Shown here piece after piece: positions 39,973 to 48,715 of a stretch of 64,000 nucleotides of DNA (the stretch's first letter is position 1; every line of letters begins with the position of its first letter). Source of the DNA: Candidatus Sericytochromatia bacterium (lineage in GTDB: Bacteria; Cyanobacteriota; Sericytochromatia; S15B-MN24; JAQBPE01); NCBI GenBank assembly GCA_040400605.1, contig JBBAPZ010000004.1, positions 144,821 through 208,820 on the forward strand, given 5' to 3'. The notes under the pieces are model-generated. The model was not told the origin of the DNA and made no database searches. It was given only the letters and a program-made list of their open reading frames with translations. Position numbers and translations under genes: made by a program.

Positions 39973-41718
39973 TCACCCATGCCCATGCCCTCCACCAAAC
40001 GATGGCGACGCGGCAAGGTGTCTGGCCTGGGCCGGCAAGATATGCTCGGCACGAAGCCGTAATAAAGTAGCGCCACTAAAAAAATCCGTTGCCCGTTCCA
40101 GATGAAACAACACATCAACCCGCTCCGGCAGAGGCGCCAAATGTCCCTTGAACCACCCCACCAACTCAAGATCATGTCGCACCTTGCCGAATAAATGCCC
40201 CTTTTGAACACGCACGGCATCAATCGCCACATTCTCAAGTGCCAGCAATGGACGCGGATTCTCTTGACCGTGCGGCTCCAGCAACTCCAACGCATCCATC
40301 AGCGCCGAATCAATCTCATCAACCGTGACAACTGCTGCAACAATCGGCAAGGCAGTCCCCACGCGCCAGCCAGTCTGATTCAATGCATCATTGAGACAAT
40401 CGCGAAACGCATCAAGATGATGTTTCTCCACCGCACAGCCAGCCGCCTGCGCATGCCCACCCCAACGGGTCATCAGTGCATCCGCATGCGACAGCAAGCC
40501 GACGAGATCAACACCCTTCGGCGCCCGCGCAGAGCCGCGGTACAATTCCGGTTCGTGTTCTTCTTGCCCCAATAACACCACCGGCCGCCCAAAGTCTTGC
40601 AAGACTTTGCCCGCAACCAAACCCACCAAGCCGTGATGCCAACCGACACCATCCAACACGATGAAGGGGTACCGTTCAGGTGGCATTTCGCGTTCAATAC
40701 GCCCCCGCACCTCCTCATACAACGCCTTGGTAACGTCCTTGCGGGTCGCGTTCAACTGGACCAGATGTGCTGCCCGTCGCTCCGCAAACTGGCGGTCATC
40801 CGTCACCAACAATTCATAGGCCAGGGCCGGGTGTTCCAAACGTCCCGCAGCGTTCACCATCGGTGCGATCACAAAACCGAGATCCTGCGCCGTCACGTGA
40901 CGCACCGGGTACTTGGGATTCGCGGCATTGTGCGCATCAAGCAAAGCCTGGGCACCCACCCGTTTATGATTCAGATTCCAGCGTTTCAACCCCAGATGCA
41001 CCAACGCACGGTTGTAGTCCGTGAGCGGGACCATGTCACCCAGTGTACCGATGCAAGCCAGGTCCAACAATTGCCCCGCACGGCGCAGATCGTGGTCACT
41101 CAGCACCACACACAGCATCAAGGCCACGCCTGCTCCCGAAAGCGCTGCGTATTCCGGAAAATCAACCTTGGGGTGAACCAGGGCCAACGCATCAGGCAAG
41201 TCGCCTTTGGCACTGTGATGGTCCGTCACAATCAGATCAATGCCGTGCGCACGACACGCACGCGCCGCCTCCACCGCCGTAATGCCATTGTCTGTGGTGA
41301 CAATGAGCGTGGTGCCTGCCGCAGCCAGTTCCGGAATCACCGAAGCGTTGAGTCCGTAGCCTTCCTTGAAACGACTGGGCAAAAACACGTGTGAATCCAA
41401 CTGCATGCCCACTTTAAAGTACCGTTGCAGAATACTCGCGCCACTCACCCCATCCGCATCGTAATCTCCGTAAATGACCACCCGTTCGTCGGCCGCCTGG
41501 GCCTCTCGCAAGCGCTGCACGGCTTTAATCATATGGGGCGAAGGCTTGAACGCCGCCATCCAGCCAAGATCACCCCTGGCATACAACCAACGCTGCGCAT
41601 CCTCCGCGCAGTTGGCACCCATCTGCGCGAGGACTTGCCCCAAAATCCGCGGCAACTGCAAGCGCCGCGAGATGTCGCGCGCCGCGCGCTCGTTCGTTTC
41701 TGCGAGTATCCAACCCAT
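39973..41718 (-). CDS. recJ: Single-stranded-DNA-specific exonuclease RecJ
   Basis: YGDYDADG, R.KEGYGL, TTDNG, TDHH, GTLGDMVPL, NAAGRL, WHHG..GLVAG, GSAR, GGHAQAAG, PHGQENP.P. Confidence 0.95.
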   Translation of the reverse strand: MGWILAETNERAARDISRRLQLPRILGQVLAQMGANCAEDAQRWLYARGDLGWMAAFKPSPHMIKAVQRLREAQAADERVVIYGDYDADGVSGASILQRYFKVGMQLDSHVFLPSRFKEGYGLNASVIPELAAAGTTLIVTTDNGITAVEAARACRAHGIDLIVTDHHSAKGDLPDALALVHPKVDFPEYAALSGAGVALMLCVVLSDHDLRRAGQLLDLACIGTLGDMVPLTDYNRALVHLGLKRWNLNHKRVGAQALLDAHNAANPKYPVRHVTAQDLGFVIAPMVNAAGRLEHPALAYELLVTDDRQFAERRAAHLVQLNATRKDVTKALYEEVRGRIEREMPPERYPFIVLDGVGWHHGLVGLVAGKVLQDFGRPVVLLGQEEHEPELYRGSARAPKGVDLVGLLSHADALMTRWGGHAQAAGCAVEKHHLDAFRDCLNDALNQTGWRVGTALPIVAAVVTVDEIDSALMDALELLEPHGQENPRPLLALENVAIDAVRVQKGHLFGKVRHDLELVGWFKGHLAPLPERVDVLFHLERATDFFSGATLLRLRAEHILPAQARHLAASPSFGGGHGHG

Positions 41719-42051
41719 GGTAGCCCCTCGTTTTGTGTCACAGCCTTTGTAGTTTAACAGGGATCATGTGGTGCTTGGGTTGGTGGGATAAAAGCGACCG
41801 GCAAGATACCAGTTAACTGGCAAATAACACCATTTTTCGTTATCACTGGGCACTCATCATTAAGCGACACACAAAATGGTCAGCCAAACACAGAGCGTGG
41901 TCCAGACGTGACGAAAAAAACGCCCCTTTTCCACCCTTATCGCACAAACAGCGTGTCGGCGTCTATCTCACGACACGCTGATAACCTGGTTCTCGATGGC
42001 GTTGAAGTCAAACAATCAAGCAACAGCACAAAAATTACCATTCAAAGTAAC

Positions 42052-42169
42052 GCGATACAGGGACGCAAAGGTTTTGTTCAAAGCTTGTCTTGTAACCTCA
42101 AAACATCAGGCACTGACTCGCTGTTTTTGAATAGCAGCCAAAATTTGACCACCAGTCAATGCATTTCTG
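42052..42169 (+). repeat. Dispersed intergenic repeat, family A
   Basis: GCGATACAGGGACGCA...GTTCAAAG...CTCAAAACATCAGGCACTGACTCGCTGTTTTTGAATAGCAGCCAAAATTTGACCACCAGTCA. Confidence 0.8.
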
Positions 42170-43332
42170 TACCGTTGATAGTGATGGGCCGGATTCGGGC
42201 ATTACCCGTATCTGCAACATATATGGCACCGGAGGTATCGACAGCCACGCCAACAGGGTCTATCATACCGCGCCGCCGTTCCAGAATCATCAACATAACC
42301 CGGAGCCAAACCGGCTAAGGTGCTAACACGACCCTCGGGCGTGATTTTTCTGATTCGGTGGTTGTCAGTGTCAGTCAAATCGTTGTTGCCGTCGTTGTCC
42401 AACGCCAATTTTGTAGGGGAGTTAAACTGAGCCATGGCGCCGATATCGTCTGCATCACCTTCGACAGCCCCAGCGACTGTCGTTACCTCGACAGAGGGAA
42501 GAGGTTGTGACGCAGTCGCGTTGGGCAATACACTTTGGGATAGCTGCGCAGATTTTGAGCGATCGCTTCCATACCTTCCGATACCTTGGACACGTCATCA
42601 GCCAACAACTTCAGATCTTTCTCGAGTTGCCGTTCGTTTAAACGATTAACGGGCATCATCAGGTGTCAATGCTCGCGCAACGTCCACTACCAGTTGTTGA
42701 TAAGCGGATTCGTTCAAACGCCCCCAAAGACCCTGAGCCGTTTGCTTCAATTGCGTCAGCGCAAGCGTGCGCGCATCGGACACCGTCGTATCGGTCTCCG
42801 ATGCTGCCAATACCGAAACCTGAATTTTTCCTTTGGCCGTTAGTCGCGATGCAACAACTGTATGGGTCAGTCCGACAGGACCCTCCTGTGATGCGATAGC
42901 GTCCGGATGCATCCGTATTAACAGGCTTGATGGCCTCAAATACTTTTCCTGAAGCACAATCGGCATACCAGCCAATGGTTGCTCTTCAAAAGGCTGTGCG
43001 ACATCGCTCGCCTGTAACAATGCGCTTCCTATCGCGTTCCTATCTTGGAATCCACACGCGTTATCTGTAATCAGTCTACTCGCGTTGTTGGCAGTCAAGG
43101 CACCCCCAGTCTGAGTCACCAAACTGCTTTGCAGGAGCACGTGATCTTTCAGCGTCATCACTGGTAAGCGTTTCGGATCTGTATTGAATGTCGGCCGTGC
43201 AACAAGTCCTTCGTTATCAGTTACAACAGAACCGAGCGGTGAGGTACCCACGCACGCTGGAAGTGCCAACAAAGCAACCGTAATCAGCCAATGATAGCAA
43301 CGGTTTGACCTCACTATCGGCACACCGCACAC
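42156..43332 (-). pseudogene. Frameshifted lipoprotein gene with degenerate NNGG-type repeats and C-terminal NHL repeats
   Basis: ORF 43332-42646 has a lipobox (LPAC) and LVTQTGG/LTANNAS/LITDNAC. After frameshifts near 42650, 42530 and 42260 it continues RLNERQLEKDLKLL..., VTTVAG...AQFNSP..LALDNDGN...DTDNHRIRKI and PVGVAVDTSGAIYVADTGNARIR. Confidence 0.75.
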
Positions 43333-43550
43333 CCTCCCATGACGAGCATCACGGTCATCAGTTACTCCGTGGAATCGATGACAAAACGGGGGTCAATTTC
43401 AACGTTCAGGCTAACCTACTGCGCGGGCATTATGACCCCAAAGGTGCCTTGCAAGCGTGTCACCGGCCGCTGCGCAACTAAAACATCCCTCGAATGTACG
43501 TGGTTATTTTCGACGGCTTTGTTACGCTGGGTGGCATGGGGGGGCGTAAG

Positions 43551-44687
43551 ATGAATGGTACGTGGCGTGTGGGGCGGGTGATGGGCATTCCCATCGAGAT
43601 TGCGCCGTCGTGGTTGATTATCGCCTTTTTGCTGAGCAGCGGCTTAGCGCTGGAAGTGTTCCCGGCGTGGCAGGCCGATCTCGCCGGTTACCCCGCCTGG
43701 ATCTGTGGCGTTGCAACCAGTTTGGTTTTTTTTGCGTGCCTGCTCGGTCACGAGTTGGCCCACGCATGGGTAGCCAAGCGTTTTGGCCAACCTGTCAGGC
43801 GTATCACGCTGTTCATTTTTGGCGGCGTGGCGGAAGCCAGCCAAGAGATGCGCTCACCGCGTGAAGAATTATGCATCGCGATTGCTGGGCCTGCGAGCAG
43901 CCTTGGTTTTGCCTTGGTGTTTTTTGTGCTTGCCATCCTGGCGCATCAACTGGCTGGTCCGCCGGCGTTAGGTGCTGTCTTGGATTGGCTCGCACTCATC
44001 AATACGTCTTTGGCAGTGTTTAATCTCGTGCCGGGATTTCCCCTTGATGGGGGGCGCGTGTTACGCGCAATCCTGTGGGCGCGCACTGGGGATCTGGAAT
44101 GGTCCACGCGTGTGGCGGCGACTGGTGGTGAATGGTTTGGCTGGGGGTTGATCTTTCTGGGCTTGACGCGTTTGTTTGCGGGGTCGATCATCACGGGTGT
44201 GTGGCTGATGATGATCGGATGGCTGATTGGACAATGCGCCCGCGGCGTCCAACTGGACCAAGGGATCAAAAAAGCGTTGTCCGGGCTAAAGGTCAAGGAC
44301 CTGATGAGCACGCCCGTGATGGTCCTGGGTGCCCACACGCGTTTGCAAGAAGCCATCGAAAGTCATTTTTTGAAGCGTCCTTATGGCAGTTACCCTGTGG
44401 TGGATGGCGCCCGTGTCGTCGGTATCCTGGACCGGGCGCAGGTTCGTGCGCTGAGTCCTGAACAATGGCGTGTGCTTGAGGCGGTTGATGTGATGCAGCC
44501 CATCGATGGCGCCGAACGCCTGACGCCAGACCAATCCGCTGCTGATGCGATGACACGATTTGACAATGTGGGCGCCAGTCGCCTGCCAGTAATGCAAAAC
44601 AATGAACTGGTCGGTTATCTGAGCCTCAACGATATCGCCCGTCAGGTGATGTGGCTGGATCGCAGCGCCCGCGTCCAAAAAAATTGA
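43551..44687 (+). CDS. Site-2 protease (peptidase M50) with a CBS domain pair
   Basis: HELAH zinc motif, IAGP, FNLVPGFPLDGGR and two C-terminal CBS domains. Confidence 0.95.
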   Translation: MNGTWRVGRVMGIPIEIAPSWLIIAFLLSSGLALEVFPAWQADLAGYPAWICGVATSLVFFACLLGHELAHAWVAKRFGQPVRRITLFIFGGVAEASQEMRSPREELCIAIAGPASSLGFALVFFVLAILAHQLAGPPALGAVLDWLALINTSLAVFNLVPGFPLDGGRVLRAILWARTGDLEWSTRVAATGGEWFGWGLIFLGLTRLFAGSIITGVWLMMIGWLIGQCARGVQLDQGIKKALSGLKVKDLMSTPVMVLGAHTRLQEAIESHFLKRPYGSYPVVDGARVVGILDRAQVRALSPEQWRVLEAVDVMQPIDGAERLTPDQSAADAMTRFDNVGASRLPVMQNNELVGYLSLNDIARQVMWLDRSARVQKN

Positions 44688-45240
44688 TACGATACCCCAT
44701 CCAGAAATCTGCCTGGTCCGTGGCAATGGCAAAAATGCCACACGAAGTGACTTGGTAACGGGAGGGTCTTCATCAACCACCAAAGACATTTCCAGCAATG
44801 GGATGGTTTCAACGGGCATCTGTCGGATTCGCTGATGATTCGTCGCAACAATACAGGTTGTAGCAGTTGGAATCGGACTTGTTACCCTTGCGCCTGGCGT
44901 CTGAGCAGCGAATCTGATCGTTTCTTCCAACGACGTTTGAGCGCTGACCGATGGGGGTAATTTGTTCCTTGATGAGTGCGCGTGATGAACAACGAAAGCG
45001 GTGGGGTGATACCATCGAATCGAATCCGGAGGATTCAGACGATGGCTCGGTGTTCAAGTCGGACATTGAGGATGATTATCATTGCCCCAACTGTGCATAT
45101 CTGACCAATCCTGGCAATCCAGGGACCGGTTTTTGGGCGTGTCAGAATCGTTGTATCCGAACGCTGTAACGCGCACGGCGTTTGTCTTGCGTTCAAGGTG
45201 CCAGAAACGGTTTTGCGCAGTTGGGGCAAGGTTGACCGGC

Positions 45241-46308
45241 TTAGGGTTTGCCGCCTTTGTCAGTGTCTTCCGGGAGGTTAAATTCGGTTTGCACCTGAAT
45301 GGTGCCGCCCGAGAAGGCTTCGAACACTTCCGTGTCGGTGTGGAAGATGGCTTTGCTTGCGGTGAGCCAGTCGCCGCTTGCTTGCTGAATGCGAACCTGG
45401 TCGGTCATGGTGATGATGTTGTTCGCATCTGAGAAGACTGCTTTTCGGCTGGTTGCGACCTTGCCTTTTTGTTCGACCCGAACGACTTTGCCGGTCGCGA
45501 CCGCGTCGTTGGTGCGTTGATTGATGACCATGCGATCAGCCGTGATGACGGCTTGTTCCCGCAAGGCTTCATCACGAGTGTCATCTGGCGGATCATTTTT
45601 GACGATATCTTCATCAATCAACCACTGGCCATCCATCTGTAGCAACTTGACATTGCCATCCAGCGTGATCGTATCCGCTGCCTGATTCAAAAAGGCTTGG
45701 TCGCCATACACCTTTTTCTTGTCATTCACCACAACGACCTGATCACGGAACAGCGCATCTTTTTTCTCGGTCCAGTATTCCAGGTGCTCAGCCGTAATCA
45801 ACGTGTCAACCTTTTTAACGGCCGCCTGAACTTTGTCCTTGCTGGCAGAGCCATTCGACTTCGCTTTGGGATCCTTCGAACGCAAAAATCGCACCTTACC
45901 ATCCGCGAGTAAACGTTTTTCACGATGAAAATTAACCATGCGCTGTGACCACAGTTGCGACTTGGGCTCGGATTTTTTTTGTTGAACCAAATGTACCGGT
46001 TGATTCATGTAAGAAACCTTTTTGGCCTGATCGAACTGTAACTCACTGGTTAAAATGCGTGTGTGCGACTGTAGAATCTCGACGTTGCCATTGGCCAGCG
46101 CCAGCTTGGCTTTGCGATCGTACTTCATATAATCCGCACGAATCTGCAAACGTTCTTTCGTGCCGCCGCCAGCTTTTGTCGCAGCAGGCGGTTTGGGCGG
46201 AGGAGGCACGACAGGTGCCGCACTCGCGATGTCAACGAGCGATACCAGCATCGCCATAAGACTGGTTAAAGTGCCGTACGCGACACGATAGGCGAAACCG
46301 CTCATCAT
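45241..46308 (-). CDS. LptA/OstA-like periplasmic beta-jellyroll protein (extended)
   Basis: Signal peptide (ASA-A); repeated I.AD.M.Y..., A.GNVEI.Q and ITLDGNVKL.Q patterns; follows the lptC-like gene. Confidence 0.75.
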   Translation of the reverse strand: MMSGFAYRVAYGTLTSLMAMLVSLVDIASAAPVVPPPPKPPAATKAGGGTKERLQIRADYMKYDRKAKLALANGNVEILQSHTRILTSELQFDQAKKVSYMNQPVHLVQQKKSEPKSQLWSQRMVNFHREKRLLADGKVRFLRSKDPKAKSNGSASKDKVQAAVKKVDTLITAEHLEYWTEKKDALFRDQVVVVNDKKKVYGDQAFLNQAADTITLDGNVKLLQMDGQWLIDEDIVKNDPPDDTRDEALREQAVITADRMVINQRTNDAVATGKVVRVEQKGKVATSRKAVFSDANNIITMTDQVRIQQASGDWLTASKAIFHTDTEVFEAFSGGTIQVQTEFNLPEDTDKGGKP

Positions 46309-46934
46309 AGCCGATCCCCTTCCTCCAGATCGGTAGAGACGTGTACGTGGCCCTTCAGTTCAAAAACCTCCGCTTCCGTGTTGGCTTCAATCGCGTCAGC
46401 ACGAATGCGCGTCTTGTCGTTAGTGACAATCAATGTCTTTTGCGGCATCATCAAACGCTTTTCACGACTCTGGTATTCAAGCCGCGCCGTGGTGATGCGA
46501 TCGCGATCATCCGTCACGATCACCACATTGCCTTCCATCGTCAAGCCTTCCGTGACGGTGTCATAGGTGGCTTTGTCGGACTCCCAATCAACGGTACGAC
46601 GGGTCTCTGAGTTGTCGGGTTGTTCAGACTTCCAGTCCTTCAAGTTGAAGAAACGGCCCTTCGGCCGCGACTCAAAATAGGTAAAACGGCTATCTTGACT
46701 CAGTTTCACAGTTTTGCTTTCAATGGTCCAGCGCTTATGCCCCTTTTCGCGACCCTGCATAACGACATCCGCAAACTGAATGTCAATGTTTTGGGTTAAC
46801 TGTACTGTTGGTGGCAAAATGGCATCGGGTGTTCCGGGCGGGCGACGGGAAATCGTATACCACGTGACGACACAGACGACGACCAGCAGCAGATAAATGG
46901 GCCAGGCACCCACACGCGGAAAGCGCAAATTCAT
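46305..46934 (-). CDS. LptC-like LPS export protein
   Basis: Single N-terminal TM, G.KRWTI.S, MEGNVVI, ITT.RLEY, LKGHV; ATGA overlaps with both neighbours. Confidence 0.75.
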   Translation of the reverse strand: MNLRFPRVGAWPIYLLLVVVCVVTWYTISRRPPGTPDAILPPTVQLTQNIDIQFADVVMQGREKGHKRWTIESKTVKLSQDSRFTYFESRPKGRFFNLKDWKSEQPDNSETRRTVDWESDKATYDTVTEGLTMEGNVVIVTDDRDRITTARLEYQSREKRLMMPQKTLIVTNDKTRIRADAIEANTEAEVFELKGHVHVSTDLEEGDRL

Positions 46935-48517
46935 GGCCCCGATTCACCCCGCTTCTGCGTCCGCCATCCTTGCAATAGCAACAGCATCAATAATCCGAGG
47001 CATATCGGAGACAACCAGTCTCCCCACAGCACAAAAAGACTGTGACTGCTCATCTTGGCTACTCGCCCATTCAAAACCACTTCCTGGTACAGAGGGGTTG
47101 CCGCCAGCACTCGACCGTGGGCATCAATGATGCTACTAATGCCGGTGGTTGCTGCGCGACAAATCCAGCGGCGATTTTCAATTGCCCGCAACACCGCATG
47201 GGCATTCAACACGCGCGGTGCAACGGTGTCTTTGTACCACGCGTCGTTGGTGACGAGAACGATCAACTCGGCGCCAGCGCGCACCGCGGGGCGAATCGCA
47301 TCCGGGAAAATGCCGTCGTAGCAAACCCCGGAGCCAACCTTGGCAAAAGGAAACTCAAACACCTTTGGTGCAACACCGGGGTAAAAATCAAGCCCGACGA
47401 TGTTCATTTGCATCAAAAAATTTGGCATCCATTGTCTAAATGGCACATACTCCCCATAAGGAACCAAATGCCGTTTGTAATCGAATCCCATCAGACGGCC
47501 GCCGTCGTCGATCGCCGCCACGGCATTGAACAGTTTGATGTTCGGCTGTCGCCCTTCCCAATCCATCGTGCCAAACATCATCGACCGCTGCGTGTCGCGT
47601 GCCCTGTTTTCAAGACGGGCCAGCGTTGACGGCTCATTGCGCAGATAAGTCGGAACTGCCGTCTCTGGCCAAATGGTCAATCCTGGGCCGAGGGCTGATT
47701 GACTCAAGCGTTCATAGCGTTCCAACGCGCGGGTAATGCGTTCCGGCCCTTGCAGCCACTTTTCAGAACCCGCCAGGTTGCCCTGCACAAGCTGCACATC
47801 AATGGTTGCCGCGGGCAAGGGTTGCATCAGACGCCAGGCACCATAACCAAGGTTGAGCATCGCGAGTGCGGAAGCGATCCATAACGGACGACTGCGCCAT
47901 AGTTCTTTGCCATGCGTATGAATCGCCAATGCCAGCGCCGCGTTGAAACCCACCAGCAAGCCAGCGAACGGGAAGGGGCCAACGAGGTCCAGGATTTGAA
48001 CCGGCAGCAGCCACCGGGTCTGTGTGAGGGCAAGGTTGCTCCAGGTAAAACCGAAGGGGCCAAGGCTGATCAACCATTCAAACACCACCCACGCCAGTGC
48101 GAGCATCAGCACCGTCACACCATCCCGTTTCGGCCGGACTTTAAAATAAACCCCAATCACCAACCCAACACCCAATAACTGCAACAGCATCAACGCCGTG
48201 GCGCCGGCGTACGCAAACGTTACTACACCCAGGCTGGACAACTCCGAAAAGCCTAGCCAGGTTAACGGATGCATCGCCATAAACCAGTACAGCAAGGTGA
48301 GAAAAAACCCTGCTCCCATCCATGCGAACCGTGCGCAAACCCCGCGGATGGTTCGTACTGGCCACAGTGCGTAGAAAAAAGGCACCCAGGCAACCCACGC
48401 GAGAATCGTCCAATCGAAGCCAGGAAAAGATAGCGCCATCACAACGCCGCTCACCATCACCACGAGGTTTTGAATTCTTGAATCGAGCGGGTTGACCGGA
48501 AACGCCAGGCGTGACAT
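46931..48517 (-). CDS. lnt: Apolipoprotein N-acyltransferase
   Basis: Multiple TM segments plus a nitrilase domain: VQGN, IWPETA, YKRHLVPYGEYVP, VCYD, TNDAWY, RAIENRR, TGIS. Confidence 0.96.
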   Translation of the reverse strand: MSRLAFPVNPLDSRIQNLVVMVSGVVMALSFPGFDWTILAWVAWVPFFYALWPVRTIRGVCARFAWMGAGFFLTLLYWFMAMHPLTWLGFSELSSLGVVTFAYAGATALMLLQLLGVGLVIGVYFKVRPKRDGVTVLMLALAWVVFEWLISLGPFGFTWSNLALTQTRWLLPVQILDLVGPFPFAGLLVGFNAALALAIHTHGKELWRSRPLWIASALAMLNLGYGAWRLMQPLPAATIDVQLVQGNLAGSEKWLQGPERITRALERYERLSQSALGPGLTIWPETAVPTYLRNEPSTLARLENRARDTQRSMMFGTMDWEGRQPNIKLFNAVAAIDDGGRLMGFDYKRHLVPYGEYVPFRQWMPNFLMQMNIVGLDFYPGVAPKVFEFPFAKVGSGVCYDGIFPDAIRPAVRAGAELIVLVTNDAWYKDTVAPRVLNAHAVLRAIENRRWICRAATTGISSIIDAHGRVLAATPLYQEVVLNGRVAKMSSHSLFVLWGDWLSPICLGLLMLLLLQGWRTQKRGESGP

Positions 48518-48715
48518 CGCTTTGGTGACGTCCTTACAGTATCGTTGGTCGCATCAAGCGGGTGTTGGCCTGTGTCAGCTACCGGGTTCGGTTACGGACA
48601 AAGGGCACAAGGACCCGTGGTTGCGCCGGAAATAACGGGCTTTATTGTATCACAAAGGGGTCTTTGACCCGCGGGTTAATCGGCACGGTTTGAATGGGCA
48701 TGTTAGGATGACAAT

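Noticed and set aside
41870..42000. Possible inverted family B copy, and a 10-bp inverted repeat (CAGCGTGTCG...CGACACGCTG) upstream of recJ
   Set aside because: Only TTTTTCGTCACG matches family B and the termini do not align; a lone hairpin is not enough to call a function.
44951..45169. 72-aa ORF with CPNC...CQNRC (zinc-ribbon-like)
   Set aside because: Short, no clear RBS and no supporting context; it may be real but I cannot support it.
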